A DNA stretch of 63,872 nucleotides, filler included, from Octopus bimaculoides (lineage: Eukaryota), in assembly GCF_001194135.2 (NCBI RefSeq). It is 8 parts of 8 records of this genome, joined end to end, with 100 filler letters (N's around TTAATTAATTAA, not from the genome) between each part and the next. Parts side by side here need not be neighbours in the genome. Positions count along the whole stretch, not along the records: positions 49,383 to 52,813 come from NC_068982.1; positions 52,914 to 61,426 come from NC_069002.1; positions 61,527 to 63,872 come from NW_026309291.1; 5 more parts are not named here. One strand, 5' to 3'. The notes under the pieces were generated by a model, which was not told where the DNA came from, did not search any database, and saw only the letters and a program-made list of their open reading frames with translations. This document shows positions 50,561-63,826 of this stretch, in pieces. Position 1 is the first letter of the stretch, and every line of letters begins with the position of its first letter. The translations under genes and the position numbers were made by a program.

Positions 50561-51638
50561 TCTCGCAAGTGTCTCATTAGGAACAAAGTATCCATAATAC
50601 TTTTCCCTGGCACAAAACTGAACTGTGTCTTATCTAATCTCAATTTGTTTCTAATCGAACTATAACTCTTTCCATAACTCTGTAGTGAGACACGTTAGCA
50701 TTATTTTGTTGTGGCAACATAGCACAGTTGTGTTTTGCCCATTTCATCGATTTACTTCAGGTTGTGGAAGGATATATGTGGCAACTACTGCTCAACAGTA
50801 TATTGCTGTTGGACTGCCAAGACGAAAACACCTCATTGCTATTGATACTTCAAGTTGACAAGATGTAGTCACTGATTCATTAGTGAAATTTTAACTTGCG
50901 TGGCAGCCTTAGGGGCTTCTACAAGATACCTGCTTTGTTTTACCCATTTTTATAACCTGCTTGGAAACTTGGGTGATTAGACCAACCTAGCAGCATTCAC
51001 AATATGTCAACTGAAGTCTTATTCACTGTTTATAACTAATTTGGAAACTTTGGCAAAGTAGACAGCTCTGTCTGTACTTTTAGTATTCCTGCTGAAATGT
51101 TATTACAGTTCTTATAACCATCTTAAAGTTTTGTTAATTTTGACAGTCCTAGTGTCTTTATTATAATTCAGCTATGCTTCTTTAACATTGTTCTTATTCA
51201 ACACTGTGCATCTTTTTCTGGCATTTATCTGTATTCATCCTACAGTCTGTGAAATACCCAAGTCAAATTATATTAAGTTATGCCAGATTAAATCATGTCT
51301 TGCTACACATATTCTTCAACAAATATTTGATGTTCATTAACATTCACAGCAGGAAAATATTTCTTTATACGCACTTTGTTCAGTGTTCATTAAAAATGTA
51401 AAAATAACTTATTATGCGTGAAAAAGAATTATGCCATCTGAACTTCTTGAAACATAGAACTCTTTTTCTTCAGTGACATTCCTCACTAAAAATTGGTGAC
51501 TTAAAGCATTTGGCTTATGCTTCAACTGTCATCCATCAGTCTTGCAAACTATGGAGAGTACTAATGTAGGATACTAAAGAGCAGCATCTGAAACAACTAC
51601 ATAGTTCAAATTTCAACCTGCAACCTTAGTCACAGGTA

Positions 51639-51677
<39 letters not shown>

Positions 51678-51683
51678 GCAAAC

Positions 51684-51825
51684 ATAGCCAAGCAGTTCAG
51701 AAGTCCACTTCCTAACTGAGTAGTTTTGCATGCTACCTTGGGCAAGTGTCCTCTACTATCGCCCTGAGCCAATCAAGATTTTGGGAGTGGATTCAGTAAA
51801 CAGAAACTGAAAGAAACCAGTCATC
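51684..51825 (+). mobile_element. SINE family A, diverged 5' part
   Basis: ccttgggcaagtgtcctctactat...gtggattcagtaaacagaaactgaaagaa. Confidence 0.75.
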
Positions 51826-52424
51826 TGCATGCATATGTGTGTGAGTGTATACATGCATGCATGTGTGTGTGTGTCTCAGTTTATTTACATCTGCATTTGC
51901 TTAATTGAAAGTCACAACATCCAAGCAGTATTCTTGTTGACATTTCTCTATTTGCTTCATGCCTTCAAAGCCATGTGAAATCTGAGATTCCTTGAAAAGC
52001 ATGTAAGAATTAGAATCAGGAAAAACATCCAGCTAAAAGATATTGCTTCAATAACCTGTTCACCTTTTTCACAACAACATGGAAAAACAGTTATAAAAAT
52101 GAATGAACACACAAATGAAAAGCATATCATTATCATAATGCCTAGCAGAAAATTGCTCACAAGGTGGTTTTCTGCTGGTACATTTATGATAGTTTTCAAA
52201 TAACTTAAGGTTTTTGAAATCTTAAAGGAGAAAATATGAGACCAGATTCCCAACTGAGTTCCCTTCAATTTAAATGATGTTACAATCACTTATTTTCCCA
52301 TTATTTTCTGATTATATTAAAGCTATACATACATTTGGAATTAAATATAAGGAATTTAGCTTTCAATTTATGTGTCAACTAAGCCACTCATTAAAAGTTA
52401 AGTATTAGAAGTATATATTCTTAC

Positions 52425-52457
52425 CATAAACTCAAGAGTAAACAGAACATATGTGAT
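52425..52457 (-). other. Candidate 33-nt exon, possibly TPMT 5' UTR
   Basis: attttgcag| acceptor and ATG|gtaaga donor on the TPMT strand, upstream of it but in a different assembly block. Confidence 0.35.
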
Positions 52458-53113
52458 CTGCAAAATAATACAAAGAAGTATGTTCTCATTCAAGAAATTA
52501 ATGTTTTATTATAAATACATAAACAATAGTACATATATCCAATAAAGGCAAAATATAAGCAAAACCTTAATTCAACAATATTCTTCTCTCAATTATCAAG
52601 TTATATTCTCTCTATGTTGTTGTTAATAATATCACACTGTCTCTGATTCTCACCAAGTTGGTTGAAAGTACCTCATCCAGTTTAACTTACTCATCCAACT
52701 TAACTTACCCTATACTTCAAACAAAACAGAAATCCTTCCTCCCCAGATATACATCCTTTAAGTACTCCTCCTTCTCTGCCTGTTTTCATCTCCTCAGCCT
52801 CACATTTTCAAATNNNNNNNNNNNNNNNNNNNNNNNNNNNNNNNNNNNNNNNNNNNNTTAATTAATTAANNNNNNNNNNNNNNNNNNNNNNNNNNNNNNN
52901 NNNNNNNNNNNNNGAAGAATAGGTGAGCAACGAGAGGAAAAGAGGAAGAGAGGAAGTACGAGGGGGGAAGGGATACGTAGTAGTAACAGAGGAAGAACGA
53001 GAGGGGTAAAGAGAGATACGTAGTAGTAAACAGAGGAAGAACGAGAGGGGGAAAAATGATAGAGAAAGTGATAGAGTAGCGTCAGAAAATATAAAGTTGA
53101 GATAACTACTTAC

Positions 53114-53160
53114 AAAATTGGTGACGCTGGCGTTCGGTCATGTAAAAACAAATAGTAAAT
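53114..53160 (-). other. Candidate first (non-coding) exon
   Basis: CpG-containing stretch ending in T|gtaagt; perfect CRE palindrome TGACGTCA at 53322-53329 upstream. 5' boundary is a guess. Confidence 0.3.
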
Positions 53161-53440
53161 GAGTATATGCATATATACGTACAGGTATTATATATATATA
53201 TATATACATATATGTATATATAATATATGTGCGTGCATGTATATGTGTACACACATACAAAAACGTACTCGTACACATACACGTAACACAATATTCTACA
53301 TGAATATACACACATTCCCTGTGACGTCAAAAAAGACGAGCGGTGATGTAAGCGGCTTGGAGAGAGACGCTACCGGGGTAATTGGTGGATTAATGAGGAT
53401 GGTTGAGGTGATAGCATGCAACGATTGTGTGTGAGTGTAT

Positions 53441-53487
<47 letters not shown>

Positions 53488-54413
53488 NNNNNNNNNNNNN
53501 NNNNNNNNNNNNNNNNNNNNNNNNNNNNNNNNNNNNNNNNNNNNNNNNNNNNNNNNNNNNNNNNNNNNNNNNNNNNNNNNNNNNNNNNNNNNNNNNNNNN
53601 NNNNNNNNNNNNNNNNNNNNNNNNNNNNNNNNNNNNNNNNNNNNNNNNNNNNNNNNNNNNNNNNNNNNNNNNNNNNNNNNNNNNNNNNNNNNNNNNNNNN
53701 NNNNNNNNNNNNNNNNNNNNNNNNNNNNNNNNNNNNNNNNNNNNNNNNNNNNNNNNNNNNNNNNNNNNNNNNNNNNNNNNNNNNNNNNNNNNNNNNNNNN
53801 NNNNNNNNNNNNNNNNNNNNNNNNNNNNNNNNNNNNNNNNNNNNNNNNNNNNNNNNNNNNNNNNNNNNNNNNNNNNNNNNNNNNNNNNNNNNNNNNNNNN
53901 NNNNNNNNNNNNNNNNNNNNNNNNNNNNNNNNNNNNNNNNNNNNNNNNNNNNNNNNNNNNNNNNNNNNNNNNNNNNNNNNNNNNNNNNNNNNNNNNNNNN
54001 NNNNNNNNNNNNNNNNNNNNNNNNNNNNNNNNNNNNNNNNNNNNNNNNNNNNNNNNNNNNNNNNNNNNNNNNNNNNNNNNNNNNNNNNNNNNNNNNNNNN
54101 NNNNNNNNNNNNNNNNNNNNNNNNNNNNNNNNNNNNNNNNNNNNNNNNNNNNNNNNNNNNNNNNNNNNNNNNNNNNNNNNNNNNNNNNNNNNNNNNNNNN
54201 NNNNNNNNNNNNNNNNNNNNNNNNNNNNNNNNNNNNNNNNNNNNNNNNNNNNNNNNNNNNNNNNNNNNNNNNNNNNNNNNNNNNNNNNNNNNNNNNNNNN
54301 NNNNNNNNNNNNNNNNNNNNNNNNNNNNNNNNNNNNNNNNNNNNNNNNNNNNNNNNNNNNNNNNNNNNNNNNNNNNNNNNNNNNNNNNNNNNNNNNNNNN
54401 NNNNNNNNNNNNN

Positions 54414-54693
54414 GGCTGAGCACTCCACAGACACGTGTACTCTTAACGTAGTTCTCGGGGATATTCAGCGTGACACAGAGTGTGACAAGGCTGACCCTTT
54501 GAATTACAGGCACAACAGAAACAGGAAGTAAGAGTGAGAGAAAGTTGTGGTGAAAGAGTACAGCAGGGTTCGCCACCATCCCCTGCCAGAGCCTCGTGGA
54601 GCTCAATAAACACTCACAACGCCCAGTCTGGAATCGAAACCGCGATCCTATGACCGCGAGTCCGCTGCCTTAACCACTGGGCCATTGCGCCTC
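54414..54693 (-). mobile_element. SINE family C, gap-truncated
   Basis: Reverse complement of 58197-58490 with a short internal deletion. Confidence 0.9.
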
Positions 54694-54744
54694 GTCATAC
54701 ATACATACACACATTGTTGTTGACAATACATACAAGCATACATA

Positions 54745-54956
54745 ACTTGCAGTTCTTGTACAGTGGCTATGAATTCTCATTCGTACGTATCCTCGTCAGT
54801 GCATTAGGTTACGTAGCAACAGACTTGCACAAAATCCTAGAAATGCTCGATTTTATGGAGAAAGAGCAAAAGAAGAAGCTGACGCGAATTTACCAAACCC
54901 AATGTATTAGTGGCACAGTGAAGATTTGTAAGACATTTCAAAAATTCTACATATGA
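54745..54956 (+). mobile_element. RLE-type LINE C-terminal fragment; second copy at 56280-56389
   Basis: ILVSALG...LTRIYQTQCISGTVKICKTFQKF; second copy LIRRSQIQTINETTKIRKAFQKF. Confidence 0.65.
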
Positions 54957-55167
54957 GATTCTTACGTGAATAGATGCACGCACTTGAGTGCGTGCATCGA
55001 CAGTTCAACCAAATGCACCAACTCAACCACAGAGTTACAAACACCAGGAACTCTCTTAACTCAAAAAGTCTAGTCGCTTTTTCAGCGACCCGCTTGAACT
55101 CTCTCAAAAAGAGCTTGAATAAAACTCAAAGGAAAATCGTACATACAAACATACATACATACAAACA

Positions 55168-55201
<34 letters not shown>

Positions 55202-55264
55202 CATATTCTGCTTGTTTTGGCATTAAATCCGTTATCATTTCTGTTACAAAAAAACTCCTATGAT

Positions 55265-55715
55265 TACCTGCTAAGATGCTAGAGATACCAATGTAACCCA
55301 TAATTTCTTGGTGGATGACCTCAAGATTTATGCTAGAAATGTTTACAATGCAAAAAGAAAAATCAAAATCAAAAACAAAGACAAAACACCCCAGAAAAGC
55401 AGCAACAACGAAAACAGGTGAAGTTAATTACATTTTCAGCTGACATCGGAATGGAATTTGGCCAAAAGAAATGTTTGTATCTTATCTGATTGTTGAACGT
55501 GGAAAATCAGTTCCATAAATCCCAAACCGGTGCATCAGTAGCCTCTCCATCTCTCCATCTCTCCATCTCTTCATCTCTTCATCTCACCTGTTCCACCTCT
55601 TCATCTCACCTGAATATTACGAATACTTTGGCATTGATGAAAGCAGACCATGCGAAGGGATTGTGAATGAAGATAGGGTGACCCGAGGATACTATGCCGG
55701 ACTTAAACTTTCCTC
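55265..55715 (+). mobile_element. Decayed R4-like RT remnant
   Basis: THNFLVDDLKIYA, DIGMEFGQKKC, YEYFGIDE; interrupted by short tandem repeats. Confidence 0.7.
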
Positions 55716-55736
55716 TTGTAATCAGACAATAGCTCT

Positions 55737-55882
55737 CAAGGCGGCGAGCTGGCAAAATCGTTAGCACGCTAGACGAAATGCTTAGCGGTATTTCGTCTGT
55801 CTTTACGATCTGAGTTCAAATTCCGCCGAGGTCGACTTTGCCTTTCATCCTTTCGGGGTCAATAAAATAAGTACCAGTTGAA
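55737..55882 (+). mobile_element. SINE family B, 5' part
   Basis: aaggcggcgagctggcaaaatcgttagcacg...gtcgactttgcctttcatcc. Confidence 0.88.
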
Positions 55883-55912
55883 ATTGCTGGCTTGTGTCAT
55901 TATTCGAAACCA

Positions 55913-56260
55913 AGTGGCTCAGTGGCTCAGTAGTTAGAGCGTCGGGCTCACAATCATGAGATAGTGAGTTCGATTCTCGGACCAGGCTGTGTGTTGTGTT
56001 CTTGAGCAAGACACTCTATTTCATGTTGCTCCAGTTCACTCAACAGTAGAAATGAGTTGCTACGTCACTGGGGCCATGCTGTATCAGCCTTTGCCTTTCC
56101 CTTGGGTAACACCGGTTGCGTGAAGAGGGGAGGCTGGTACGCATGGGCGACTTCTGGTCTTCTATAAGTAGCCTTGCCCGGATTGTGTCCCGGAGAGTAA
56201 CTTTCTATGCACAGGCACATGGCCATTCAGGACCGATGGGGGTCTTTATCCTATTGGGGC
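55913..56260 (+). mobile_element. SINE family D-related (CORE-like)
   Basis: tggctcagtagttagagc box A, gagttcgattc box B, tgtgttcttgagcaagacact core. Confidence 0.8.
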
Positions 56261-57280
56261 ACTCAGATATTTAACCAACTTTTAGGCTTCTCAAAACCAG
56301 AAAGAAGAAAGTTAATTAGAAGATCACAGATACAAACCATCAATGAAACTACGAAAATACGTAAAGCTTTCCAGAAGTTTAGGGTATAAGAACATATGCA
56401 GGTGTCTAAATATGTTATTACGAGATGAGTCAGGAAGTAATGAAGTTTTTATTTGCATTATTATTAGAATTAACTCTTGCATCTGTATCGGTATACGTAC
56501 ATAAAACAAAACATACAAATCTGCAGATGCATGTGCTGGCTCGGAATACTTGCATATATACACCCATGCAGGTGTATATATACACCCATGCAGGTGCAGC
56601 TATCCTGTTGATGTTGAAATTCAAACGAAGGAGTCTTGGATCTAGGTTAGAAACCGGCTCTTCCACCATTGGCAAGAAATCTAGAAATAACTCTAAATAA
56701 CACACACACACGCGCATATACGTACAAACATACGTATATACATACGTACAAACATACGTATATACATACGTGAATACATACGTACATAGATACATACGTA
56801 CATAGATACATACATAAATACATAAATACATACATAAATATATAAATACATACATACACACATACACATACATACATACACACATATATACATACACACA
56901 TACATACACATGCATACATACATACATGCACGCATACATACATATGTATGTACGTACGTACGCACGTACATACATACTGCAGCAGCGCTTCCTTCTCCCC
57001 CTTCTTCCTACTTCTCTTCCTCTAACCCTTCCTCCTGACCTCCTCCTCCTCCTCCATCGCATTTTCCTCCACTTTTCCTCCTCATTTTCCCCCTCTTCCT
57101 TTTCCACTCTTCCTCCCTCTTCTCCTCACCCTCATCCTCTCCCTCCTTGCAAAACATTCATTGGTATTGTGCTTCAAGTCTACAGGAAACCATCTTCATT
57201 ATTATTGTTAGTGTGGAGCGATGCCAAATTCGTAGAACAATCGGACCAAAAAGCTTTTCAATATATTTAGAGGTTTATAA

Positions 57281-57600
57281 GATGGCGGACTAGCAAAATA
57301 GCATGCCGGACAAAATACTTCGCAGCATTTCGACCGTTTTTACGTTCTGTGTTCAAATTCCTCCGGGGTCGAGTTTACCTTTCATCGATTCGGGGGTCGA
57401 TAAAATAAGTACCAGTTGAATCCTACTCTCCCGAAGTTGCTGGCCTTGTGCCAAAATTTAACACCAAAATATTCAGAAACTTATGAGATGGTGAGATTGC
57501 AGAATCGTTACCTTGCCGGACAAAATGCTTAGCGGCATTTCTTCCGACAATACGTGCTGAGTTCAAATGCCACAGTGGTCGACTTTGCCTTTCATCCTGG
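57281..57600 (+). mobile_element. Two adjacent diverged SINE B heads
   Basis: 57281-57425 and 57488-57600 both align to the family B 5' part; a third decayed copy lies at ~58630-58750. Confidence 0.75.
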
Positions 57601-58194
57601 AAATTCATCTTTGTAAGATGGAAGGTTAATCTTTTTCTCGGACGTAACTGGATACCTACCTGTTGTCCTTGCAATCAAATTGTCATCTTCTGGATCCAAG
57701 TTGCCTGCACCGGTCACATGACAGTTGTCCTGCAGATTCTTTTTTTTTTTACTTTTTTAAAATCCTATTGGCTTACCGGAACATAAAAATACATAAACAT
57801 GGGAGCACAGTTTTATAATTTTTCAGTTTCTGCCTCTTTTTTTCGTGAAATTGCCCTGGAATGTTCCCATTTCCATATCTATTAAAATTTCCTTGCTTTC
57901 TTTTGTAATTATTCCATGCCGCTCCAAACTTACCCCCTTCCAACAATCACGGTATATCCTTATCAACGCTCGTTTTAGTTTCTACAATAAACGACTCTTA
58001 AACTGAGTGTGAAAGAAATTTTTTTAATGTAAATTGAGTTTAATATTCCCCCAAATTCCTTCAACGCCGTAAAAAGCCCCACCTCAAAGAGGCTCAACGC
58101 TTTTCACGCTCACCCAAACACGCGCGCATACACACATATCCCCCCTCTCACGCATGCGCACCTTGTAGCTTTGCCTGTTGTTTATTTTAACATG

Positions 58195-58583
58195 TAGAGG
58201 CGCAATGGCCCAGTGGTTATGGCAGCGGACTCGCGGTCACAGGATCGCGGTTTCGATTCCCAGACCGAGCGTTGTGAGTGTTTATTGAGCGAAAACACCT
58301 AAAGCTCCACGAGGCTCCGGCAGGGAATGGTGGTGAACCCTGTTGTACTCTTTCACCACAACTTTCTCTCACTCTTTCTTCCTGTTTCTGTCGTGCCTGT
58401 AATTCAAAGGGTCAGCCTTGTCATACTCTGCGTCACGCTGAATCTCCCCCGAGAACTACGTTAAGGGTACACGTGTCTGTGGAGTGCTCAGCCACTTGCA
58501 CGTTAATTTCACGAGCAGGCTGTTCCGTTGATCGGATCAACTGGAACCCTCATCGTCGTAACCGACGGAGTGCCAACACATAC
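58195..58583 (+). mobile_element. SINE family C, full length, with exact 11-bp TSD
   Basis: ggcgcaatggcccagtggtta head, gtttcgattcc box B; ATTTTAACATG at 58184-58194 and 58584-58594. Confidence 0.93.
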
Positions 58584-59351
58584 ATTTTAACATGAACTCA
58601 GACACGTGAACTCTCATTTTAAATTCAAAAGCAAACGATTCGTCGAGCTGACAGAATAGTTAACGCGTTAGACAAAAAGTTTAGAGGTACTTCACCCGTC
58701 TTTACCTTCAAAGTTCGACTTTACCTTTTATCCCATTCGATGTAATCGACTATCCTTCTTCCCCCAAAATTCCAGGCTGTGTGCCTATACAAGAAAGGAT
58801 TATCAAAGATAACATTTATTTCGAATTTAATTTTTTATTCTGCCCACCGCCATCCATTTCTCCATATTTGCATTTTTAACGTGGACACACATATGCAGAC
58901 ATTCATCCACATACATCTTACTCTTCCCATATAAAATCTGACATTTTAACTCTGACATTTGAACTTTTTTCTGTTAAATAAACTGCTACATGTTACAATG
59001 AAATATAATCCAAATTTGGATTCAATTAACTGTTGACTTTATACACAAACTTTCAAACAGAAACTCATACTCATAAATATGCATACAGACACACATTCAC
59101 GCACACACACACACACACACACATTCATAACCTAAACAAGACTAAAAACAGCTAAATAAAAATAGAAATCTAATCAAATAAGCAATATCAGACTCGTATT
59201 ACACTTTAATAGAAAAATTTCCCAGCGTACTCACACTATTCTTAAAGAAATATAACATCTCCGTCTTTTTGAATGGTACACTAGTCTGAAGATTCGCGCT
59301 TGGATAAAATCGTTAGTCATTGTGAGAAAGGGAATCTTCCAAATAACACGA

Positions 59352-59418
<67 letters not shown>

Positions 59419-59940
59419 ATATTTGCCCCCCTGACAGAAGATAAACATAGCACTCCCGTTTCCGATATCTGATGCTGAAGACGAGATAACCACTTCGAAA
59501 TAGATAAATACGTCCATCTGGTTAGAAAGTAACCCGAATTGACTTGGTGTGTTTACAACTATCTTTCTGCAGTGCGAAATTGTTTCCCTGACAAAATAAT
59601 AATGAAGGGGTTTCTTATTGGTTCGGATATGTCCCAAGAATATTTGAATTGTAAGCAAGTTTGAATATATACATATATATACACATCACAGCTTAGCGTT
59701 TCCACTCCGTGATATACACACACACGCATACATTTGTTCAATGCATGTAATACACACCCACACCCATATGTATATATATACAAATATATGCACGCATATA
59801 TTTTTATAAATATGTTTCATCTGATTCTAGATGTATATTTTTATATAGTTTTATATATGTCTTTTCACAATGTAACCTCGTGGGCATCGGTACCATTTTC
59901 CTCTTTCTCCGTTTTTCCATTCTCCGAACTCTCCATCTTT

Positions 59941-59968
59941 CCAACGAAGGGCTACGCCCGAAACGTCA
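59941..59968 (+). ncRNA. Degenerate minimal hammerhead-like motif (Penelope pLTR type)
   Basis: ccaacga-A-GGGC-tac-GCCC-GAAAC-GT-C; core start mutated, stem I not evident. Confidence 0.4.
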
Positions 59969-61391
59969 TACACTCTCTCTTTCCTTTCCCGAGCATCCAA
60001 TAACACTATCAGTATCACGTCCTCACTTTGTTGTTTTTTTTTGTTATTGTTTTTTTGAACTTATATATATATATATATAAATATATNNNNNNNNNNNNNN
60101 NNNNNNNNNNNNNNNNNNNNNNNNNNNNNNNNNNNNNNNNNNNNNNNNNNNNNNNNNNNNNNNNNNNNNNNNNNNNNNNNNNNNNNNNNNNNNNNNNNNN
60201 NNNNNNNNNNNNNNNNNNNNNNNNNNNNNNNNNNNNNNNNNNNNNNNNNNNNNNNNNNNNNNNNNNNNNNNNNNNNNNNNNNNNNNNNNNNNNNNNNNNN
60301 NNNNNNNNNNNNNNNNNNNNNNNNNNNNNNNNNNNNNNNNNNNNNNNNNNNNNNNNNNNNNNNNNNNNNNNNNNNNNNNNNNNNNNNNNNNNNNNNNNNN
60401 NNNNNNNNNNNNNNNNNNNNNNNNNNNNNNNNNNNNNNNNNNNNNNNNNNNNNNNNNNNNNNNNNNNNNNNNNNNNNNNNNNNNNNNNNNNNNNNNNNNN
60501 NNNNNNNNNNNNNNNNNNNNNNNNNNNNNNNNNNNNNNNNNNNNNNNNNNNNNNNNNNNNNNNNNNNNNNNNNNNNNNNNNNNNNNNNNNNNNNNNNNNN
60601 NNNNNNNNNNNNNNNNNNNNNNNNNNNNNNNNNNNNNNNNNNNNNNNNNNNNNNNNNNNNNNNNNNNNNNNNNNNNNNNNNNNNNNNNNNNNNNNNNNNN
60701 NNNNNNNNNNNNNNNNNNNNNNNNNNNNNNNNNNNNNNNNNNNNNNNNNNNNNNNNNNNNNNNNNNNNNNNNNNNNNNNNNNNNNNNNNNNNNNNNNNNN
60801 NNNNNNNNNNNNNNNNNNGGACAGTGACCGAGCGTACAAGAGAGCCGGGTGCGGACCTTCCTGTATAAGCACGTTAACTTCTAGTATTTCTTGACCTTGC
60901 TGGAGGACGGTGAAAACGTTCTAGGATTAGGGTGTGCCAGTTTGTGGTGGAAGATACGTGTACATATACGGGTGTTGTACAGATATACAAACTTTGAACA
61001 GACACGACGCACCTCATGCTCACACGTGCACATAAATATGTACATACGCACACACACACACACACACACACACATACATACATACATACATACATACATA
61101 CATACACACGTGTATGTACCCATACATACTTAAATATAAATATACGCGCGCACAATACATGTATATATATACATACATACATATATACAAACATACACAT
61201 AGTATATATACTTGCCTACATATACACACATACATATCTGTATGTGTGTATGTATGTGTAAGTGTGTGGTGTGTATATATGTGTGTAAATAAACATGTAT
61301 GTGTGTGCATACAAAGACATACAGTCACACACACACATATAATACATACGTTTGTTTTTGTCTATGCTTACATTTAAGTGTCTACCTACCT

Positions 61392-61426
<35 letters not shown>

Positions 61427-61526
61427 NNNNNNNNNNNNNNNNNNNNNNNNNNNNNNNNNNNNNNNNNNNNTTAATTAATTAANNNNNNNNNNNNNNNNNN
61501 NNNNNNNNNNNNNNNNNNNNNNNNNN

Positions 61527-61579
<53 letters not shown>

Positions 61580-62047
61580 CACAACAGTTATCCACAATGC
61601 AAATGACAAAAGCAATCAAAACTGGCGTAATATTGCGCGCGCACATACACATGTATATGCATATACATACAGAGATAGATATAAATAAAAATACATATAC
61701 GTATACATATTCCTATACATACATGCGCATATGTTCATATATGTTCATATACAAACGTACACACATACATACATGCACACATACATACATGCACACAAAC
61801 ATATATATACATATACATACACATATACGCATATGTACACATACACACATACAATATCCAAAGGAAAATGAAATAAAATTTACATTATATATATACTAGC
61901 ACATTATATATATATACATTATATATATATATACGCACAAACACACATATATGTATAGGCATATTTACACATATAGACATTAAGAACAACAACAAAATGT
62001 TATCAAAGAGCCCTTATACATACGCACAAGCACACACGTACATACAG

Positions 62048-62099
<52 letters not shown>

Positions 62100-63084
62100 C
62101 TATAGCGGTTCAACAAGAAGAACAACAAAATGAAATAGAAAAAATATCTTACGCATACACACGCTTATATACACGCACATATAGACAAACCAAATGAAAA
62201 TATCAACAAAAAGAACAAGAACAACGAAATAAAATTTATATTACGCATACATACACATACGCACACATCACATATGCAGGTACACAGCAACACATACCAC
62301 CAACAACAAGAACAATNNNNNNNNNNNNNNNNNNNNNNNNNNNNNNNNNNNNNNNNNNNNNNNNNNNNNNNNNNNNNNNNNNNNNNNNNNNNNNNNNNNN
62401 NNNNNNNNNNNNNNNNNNNNNNNNNNNNNNNNNNNNNNNNNNNNNNNNNNNNNNNNNNNNNNNNNNNNNNNNNNNNNNNNNNNNNNNNNNNNNNNNNNNN
62501 NNNNNNNNNNNNNNNNNNNNNNNNNNNNNNNNNNNNNNNNNNNNNNNNNNNNNNNNNNNNNNNNNNNNNNNNNNNNNNNNNNNNNNNNNNNNNNNNNNNN
62601 NNNNNNNNNNNNNNNNNNNNNNNNNNNNNNNNNNNNNNNNNNNNNNNNNNNNNNNNNNNNNNNNNNNNNNNNNNNNNNNNNNNNNNNNNNNNNNNNNNNN
62701 NNNNNNNNNNNNNNNNNNNNNNNNNNNNNNNNNNNNNNNNNNNNNNNNNNNNNNNNNNNNNNNNNNNNNNNNNNNNNNNNNNNNNNNNNNNNNNNNNNNN
62801 NNNNNNNNNNNNNNNNNNNNNNNNNNNNNNNNNNNNNNNNNNNNNNNNNNNNNNNNNNNNNNNNNNNNNNNNNNNNNNNNNNNNNNNNNNNNNNNNNNNN
62901 NNNNNNNNNNNNNNNNNNNNNNNNNNNNNNNNNNNNNNNNNNNNNNNNNNNNNNNNNNNNNNNNNNNNNNNNNNNNNNNNNNNNNNNNNNNNNNNNNNNN
63001 NNNNNNNNNNNNNNNNNNNNNNNNNNNNNNNNNNNNNNNNNNNNNNNNNNNNNNNNNNNTATATATATATATATGGATATATTT

Positions 63085-63355
63085 ATGTGTGTCATTCTGT
63101 CTCTGTTTGTCCCCACAACATCGCTTGACAACCGATGCTGATGTGTTTACGTCCCTGTAACCTACCGTTTCGGCAATAGAGGCCGGTAGAATAATTACCA
63201 AGCTTTAAAATTAAATACTGGGGTTTTTTCATTTGACAAAGCTTCGTTAAATTAATAGTAGCTTCGTTACTATAGCAGTAGTCCGGATACTTATTGATCA
63301 GACCTGGTATATATATTTTTGACTGACGGTACACAACAGCACCGAAATTTAAAAA
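63085..63355 (+). mobile_element. SINE family A, diverged 3' half
   Basis: gtttgtccccacaacatcgcttgacaaccgatgctg... Confidence 0.75.
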
Positions 63356-63826
63356 AAGAAGAGTTAAAAACACTTAGAGAAGCAAAGAAGCACGTCTCCA
63401 TGTAGTTAGAGGGCAGGTAGCCGCCCCACCGCGAGCGAGATCACCATAGTAGTCTAACTTCGCTTTAAAGTAAAGCACATCCGTGGTTACTACTCCATCG
63501 CTTGATGGGTTGGCTAAATCCCGTATGGTGAATAGGACGGTGATCTTGCTCGCTATGGAGCAGTTATTTCCCCTGACAGTCCATAGATATGTGCTTTTTT
63601 ATGGCTACAATGGGCCTTAACTCTTATTTCTAACAATGTAGGTGCTACCTGCTCACTCAGTCATAATTAATGAGAATTGAATGTTTTTTTTTCGTTTTTG
63701 GCTTTATAATGCGTATAGCGGCTTTCGATATTTTTTATACATACATACAAACATACATACATACGTACATAAATACATACATATATATATATATATAACT
63801 ATATATAGAGATGCATACATATATAA

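Noticed and set aside
51957-52289. 110-aa ORF with RFHM as TPMT first coding exon
   Set aside because: Lacks the W..W motif and a suitable phase-2 donor.
58197-58265. SINE heads as tRNA genes
   Set aside because: Box A/B are present but continue into SINE bodies without a complete acceptor stem.
63400-63460. HDV-like ribozyme
   Set aside because: No P1 partner or nested double pseudoknot found.
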